Shown here one piece after another: positions 60,031-64,000 of a DNA stretch of 64,000 nt (positions are counted from its first letter, which is position 1; each line of letters begins with the position of its first letter). Under the pieces are notes generated by a model. It saw only the letters and a list, made by a program, of their open reading frames with translations, was not told the DNA's origin and ran no database searches. Source of the DNA: Flavobacteriales bacterium. GTDB taxonomy: Bacteria; Bacteroidota; Bacteroidia; Palsa-965. The position numbers and the translations under genes were made by a program. The DNA is taken from NCBI GenBank assembly GCA_040377305.1, contig JBEIPA010000009.1, forward strand, positions 135,942-199,941. Direction: 5' to 3'.

Positions 60031-61290
60031 TTATCCCGTTAGTGGAAAATACAGCCGGAAGTAGCTTCCGTCCCTCAGGTTGTTTTCAATCTCCATTTTA
60101 CCGGCGTGATTTTCCATGATGCGTTTGCAGATAACCAGGCCCATTCCTTCTCCGGATGTTGCACCCGAATTAGGCGCTTGAGCAAGGAGCTCCATCATCT
60201 TTGCAACTTGTTTCTGTTCTATTCCTTCTGCAGTGTCCTGCAAATCGATGCGGTAATATTTTTTGTTGGGTTTTCGCATGTCAACACAGTCGGCCACTTC
60301 CGCACTAATCTGTATGCGAGGCTGTGAACCTGACTTGGTGTATCTGATTGCATTGTCTATGAGATTAAGAAACAGGCGACGCATTTGTATTGGAGAACCT
60401 TTAATGTTTGGCAGCTCTTTGCAAACAACAACTGCGTTTCGTTCTTCAATCGCAAGCGCCATATCTTCTGTTACTTCTTTTACGACCGTATTCAGATCGA
60501 CTTCTGAAGTCTCAGCAACATGAATATGCAGCGCATACGTCGACAGATCGTTGACCATCGCACTGAGCCGATGAGCCGAATTATTCAGGACCTGAATTTT
60601 CTTGATATCATGGCCTGAGAGATTTCCTTTTTGTTTTCGGACTAGTTCATCGGTAAGTGCAAGTATTAGTCGCAACGGCTCCTTCACATCATGGCTGATC
60701 ACATGTACAAACTGTTCCAGATTAAAATTGATACGTTTCAGTTCGTTGATCTTTGCTTCCAGTTTCTGCCGATAAGCCGTGAGGGCATCTTCGTGTTTGC
60801 GTTTTTCGGAGAGGTCTGTGATAATAATTCCGATTGCTTCTACCTGTGGCTCGAGGCTCGTGAGCGATGCATAGACCGGGAGCTTTCTGCCATTCAGGTT
60901 TAGTACAATTTCTCCTTTGCTCGGCCCTTCAGATAATGCTGTTTTTAGCTGCTGAAATTTTCCAACGGAATCGATATAGCTGTTGAAATATGTACCAATA
61001 ATTTGGCTCACTGGTAAACCGGCCATTTCCCCAAATCGCTCATTACAGTAGAGCACTAGTCCGTTCGCTGAAATGCTCAAAGCACCCTCACCCGATTTCT
61101 CTACAAGGATGCGGTATGTGAAGTCTGCACTCTCAAGTGAATAAATGTTTGAAGTGCCCGCCTTACTTACCACGAGCGCGTCAATACTTCCTTCTTTGAT
61201 TGCTTCAATAATGCAGTTTGCCTCGAAGAGCTGAATTCTCAATTCCGCGAGTATTTCTTTATCTCTATTACTTTCTGCTTCCATTGTCAT
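60031..61290 (-). CDS. Cytoplasmic PAS histidine kinase in the kai operon
   Basis: N-terminal ELRIQLFEA...EAIKEGSIDALVV, PAS domain, SHDVKEPLR H-box, NLIDNAIRY N-box, GEGMGL G2 box; G1 and F boxes are atypical. Confidence 0.85.
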   Translation of the reverse strand: MTMEAESNRDKEILAELRIQLFEANCIIEAIKEGSIDALVVSKAGTSNIYSLESADFTYRILVEKSGEGALSISANGLVLYCNERFGEMAGLPVSQIIGTYFNSYIDSVGKFQQLKTALSEGPSKGEIVLNLNGRKLPVYASLTSLEPQVEAIGIIITDLSEKRKHEDALTAYRQKLEAKINELKRINFNLEQFVHVISHDVKEPLRLILALTDELVRKQKGNLSGHDIKKIQVLNNSAHRLSAMVNDLSTYALHIHVAETSEVDLNTVVKEVTEDMALAIEERNAVVVCKELPNIKGSPIQMRRLFLNLIDNAIRYTKSGSQPRIQISAEVADCVDMRKPNKKYYRIDLQDTAEGIEQKQVAKMMELLAQAPNSGATSGEGMGLVICKRIMENHAGKMEIENNLRDGSYFRLYFPLTG

Positions 61291-61566
61291 TTATTCAATG
61301 TCCAATAGCTTTAGGACTTTTTCTTTTTCTGATAGATCCCCCAGTACAATTCGCTTCGGCGCAGGACTGAACTTTATAAGCGTGGGCACGGCGAAGATTT
61401 CATACTCAGTTGCTTTGTTTTTGTCTTTGCTAACATCAATTATTTCTAACTCATGGTTGTCGTGCAGGTATTCATTGGCGATTGCTTTTATATTCTCCAA
61501 AGCACGAACAGACTTCACAGACATCCCCGAAACAAAAAGCTTAAACACATATTTCTCTGCAACCAT
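61291..61566 (-). CDS. kaiB: KaiB-like protein (second copy)
   Basis: KLFVSG..S.RALENI, LEIIDV, IFAVPTLIK..P.P.R.VLGDLS. Confidence 0.88.
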   Translation of the reverse strand: MVAEKYVFKLFVSGMSVKSVRALENIKAIANEYLHDNHELEIIDVSKDKNKATEYEIFAVPTLIKFSPAPKRIVLGDLSEKEKVLKLLDIE

Positions 61567-61578
61567 AATTGGTAGTGC

Positions 61579-61875
61579 TTACTTCACAGCAAGCGGTTTA
61601 AGGTTAAGGCCAACCAAAACTTTTTCTTCGTTGGATAAATCCCCGATAATTTTTCGGATTGGTTCGGGAAACTTGCGCACCAATGTGGGCACAGCAAGAA
61701 TCTGATCGCCTTCTGCCAGTTGCGGACTTACTAATAAGTCTATAATTTCAATACTATATATTCCTTTTAGGTGTTGTTCCGCGTACTTTTTGATATTGCT
61801 CAAGGCGGTGGCCGCTTTCGGAGTTTTTCCGGCGATATATAGTATCAGCTGCCATTCTGCTACATCCTCTTTCAT
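61579..61875 (-). CDS. kaiB: KaiB-like protein
   Basis: [46 protein letters not shown]. Confidence 0.92.
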   Translation of the reverse strand: MKEDVAEWQLILYIAGKTPKAATALSNIKKYAEQHLKGIYSIEIIDLLVSPQLAEGDQILAVPTLVRKFPEPIRKIIGDLSNEEKVLVGLNLKPLAVK

Positions 61876-63605
61876 TTCTTTCCTTTTTTAATGTGTTCAA
61901 CTGAGCTCAGTTTTGTCTGAAGATCTTCGGTTGCTTTCAGAATGCTCAGTTCTTCCTGAACGCTTTCAAATTCAGTTCGAAGCGCTTCAATGTTTGCTTC
62001 GAGTACACGTCGTTTTCGTTCAATGTCACGGTCCTTGCGGTCCATTTCCGATTTCAACCGTAACTCAGAAACTTTCCGATTCACTGCATGTGCACGACGC
62101 GCAGTACCTGTAAGTATTCCGGTTGGCCCAACTTCAACATCCATCAGCTCAATTCCATTGTTGCCGATGACGAACTCACGCACCTGGTTCGAGTGACCAA
62201 TTCCGCGCGACTTGATAATATAAATTCCACGGTTGCGCTCACCAACTCCTTCGAGGTCGCGGACAGAAATCCACGTATCGATCAGAGATGAAACTGCATC
62301 TTCAGGCAGATCAGGCCGTGTTGCATCATTTGGCGAACTCAGTGAAGTGAACAGTGCTGTAATGTTGTTGAGCTTGAGCATATCGATAAGGCGAACAAGC
62401 ATTGAACGCACTTCACGTGAGCTTCCAACAGAAACAAGATTACTGATTGGATCAATGATTACGGTGGCTGGCTTATAGTCCTTGATGAGTTTGTGAAGAT
62501 TCAGCAAGTGCAGCTCCAAACCATTGACTGTAGGACGGGCCGAATGAATCTGCAGTAATCCTTTCTTCACATGTATTTCGAGATCGATGCCGATTGATTT
62601 CATATTTCGAATCAACTGATCCGGCGATTCTTCAAACGCGAAATAGAGCACACGTTCTTTGCGACGACAATGTTCCTGTGCAAAGTAGGAAGCAACTGTA
62701 GTTTTTGCAGTACCTGCACTCCCGGATACAAGTACGTTGCTACCACGGAAAATTCCACCGCGGTTAAACATCTCATCGAGGCCAGGAACGCCCATGGAAA
62801 CAATTTCATTCGAAACTTTGTTGTCGAGACGTAGTGAAGTTATCGGCAGTACCGAAATTCCCTCCTCGTCAATGAGGAATGGATATTCATTGGTTCCGTG
62901 CGTCGAACCTCTGTATTTAACAATACGTAGTCGTCGTGTTGAAACCTGATCAATCACGCGATGATCGAGGAGGATTACGCAATCGGAAACATATTCTTCC
63001 AGTCCGTGGCGTGTCAACGTGCCTTCACCTTTTTCACCCGTGATGACTGCAGTGACACCGCGATCTTTCATCCAATGAAACAGGCGACGAAGCTCTGCAC
63101 GCAATATCTGTTCGTTGTCAAGTCCTGCAAAGAGTGTTTCAATTGTATCGAGTACAACACGTTTTGCTTTTACGGAATCAATGGCGTGTGCAAGTCGTAC
63201 GAATAATCCATCGAGATCATATTCTCCGGCCTCGTCAATTTCTGATCGTTCAACCCGCACATGATCGACTACCAGTTTCTTTTGGCTCTTGAGTTTTTCA
63301 AGATCAAAGCCGAGCGACTGTACATTCTGAGTGAGATCTTTCGACGGTTCTTCAAACGACATGAATACTCCGTTCTCGTTCGATTCCGTAATTCCTTTCA
63401 CAAGGAATTGTAATGCGAAGAGCGTTTTTCCGGCACCTGCATCACCGCATATCAAAGTCGTGCGACCACGGGGAAATCCTCCACCGGTAATTTCATCCAG
63501 ACCAGCAATGCCTGTGACAGCTTTAGGCAGTGTTAGGTGACTGCCCGTTTTTTCGATATTTTTTTTCACTGTATAAGGTTTTCTACTGCTTCCCTTCGAA
63601 CCCAA
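61872..63605 (-). CDS. kaiC: Double-domain KaiC with a C-terminal coiled-coil extension (start TTG 63605 or GTG 63569)
   Basis: CI domain [34 protein letters not shown]; CII domain [33 protein letters not shown]. Confidence 0.94.
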   Translation of the reverse strand: MGSKGSSRKPYTVKKNIEKTGSHLTLPKAVTGIAGLDEITGGGFPRGRTTLICGDAGAGKTLFALQFLVKGITESNENGVFMSFEEPSKDLTQNVQSLGFDLEKLKSQKKLVVDHVRVERSEIDEAGEYDLDGLFVRLAHAIDSVKAKRVVLDTIETLFAGLDNEQILRAELRRLFHWMKDRGVTAVITGEKGEGTLTRHGLEEYVSDCVILLDHRVIDQVSTRRLRIVKYRGSTHGTNEYPFLIDEEGISVLPITSLRLDNKVSNEIVSMGVPGLDEMFNRGGIFRGSNVLVSGSAGTAKTTVASYFAQEHCRRKERVLYFAFEESPDQLIRNMKSIGIDLEIHVKKGLLQIHSARPTVNGLELHLLNLHKLIKDYKPATVIIDPISNLVSVGSSREVRSMLVRLIDMLKLNNITALFTSLSSPNDATRPDLPEDAVSSLIDTWISVRDLEGVGERNRGIYIIKSRGIGHSNQVREFVIGNNGIELMDVEVGPTGILTGTARRAHAVNRKVSELRLKSEMDRKDRDIERKRRVLEANIEALRTEFESVQEELSILKATEDLQTKLSSVEHIKKGKK

Positions 63606-63762
63606 ATGTGGAATTTACGCCACAACAGAGGGGGTTTGTGTAGACTGAGATACTCAGATTCCACACTATAAATGAGTTTTTTTCGAGTGAAGCAGCTGTT
63701 CATACTACCTATACAGGCATATAGTGTTCCGTTTTTTGCAGCAGGGGAATTCCCGTAAATAA

Positions 63763-63894
63763 TCATTGGAAACATGAGATCGCCTTGTGCGGCGCCAGAC
63801 CGCCGTGCGGCGCGGCAACAGCCGGGCCGGGCACAAGCAGGGCCACCCCCAGAAGGAAGGCGGCACCGGTCAGCAGAACGGGGAAATTATTCAT
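63763..63894 (-). pseudogene. Truncated 5' fragment of a GC-rich secreted-protein gene, possibly EipB/DUF1849-like
   Basis: MNNFPVLLTGAAFLLGVALLVPGPAVAAPHGGLAPHKAI, then a stop within 4 codons after the GATC at 63778-63781; AAAGGGA SD-like sequence upstream. Confidence 0.4.
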
Positions 63895-64000
63895 AAGCAG
63901 ATCAATCCCTTTGTTTCTAATGATATAGGACAAACACCCCCCCTGCAAAGAGGGTTCGCCCCGGCACAAACCGCCCGGCAATTTTATCCACAAAGCGGTC

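Noticed and set aside
11-63540. Numerous 60-260 aa antisense or alternate-frame ORFs in the track (e.g. 11-400, 42382-43011, 45496-46077, 49118-49906, 51683-52285)
   Set aside because: They overlap well-supported genes and show no recognisable motifs, so they are treated as shadow ORFs.
59811-63770. kai operon as an integrated mobile island
   Set aside because: No integrase, tRNA target or flanking direct repeats are visible. Horizontal origin is possible but cannot be supported from this sequence.
63984-63992. Replication origin inferred from the DnaA box
   Set aside because: It is a single box at the window edge, with no cluster or unwinding region visible.

Overview
Chromosomal segment of a Bacteroidota bacterium, judged by its T9SS C-terminal sorting domains, a SprE/PorW-like lipoprotein, TAnnTTTG promoter motifs and an alpha2-type GlyRS. 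Housekeeping genes (dxr, rseP, truA, metX, metZ, nrdAB, idi, glyQS, pth, rplY, prs) alternate with T9SS cargo proteins and membrane signalling proteins (three SpoIIE/PP2C phosphatases, a class III cyclase, two PAS histidine kinases). A kaiC-kaiB-kaiB-histidine kinase operon lies at the right end. I found no rRNA, tRNA, CRISPR array, transposase or integrase. The most unusual structure is a four-helix-bundle (IVP/bAvd-like) gene at 55366-55764. It sits between inverted heptamer-built arms and is followed by about 3.7 tandem copies of a 131-bp hairpin unit and a terminator. A gene-less near-identical copy of the two arms lies 53 kb away at 2338-2410, and many other intergenic regions carry different 7-9-bp-period inverted-arm elements. 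Other observations: a 27-aa uORF coupled to idi, many apparently leaderless genes, and an abrupt GC-rich junction at a GATC site about 220 bp from the right end. All calls come from reading the sequence and the ORF track; no searches were run.
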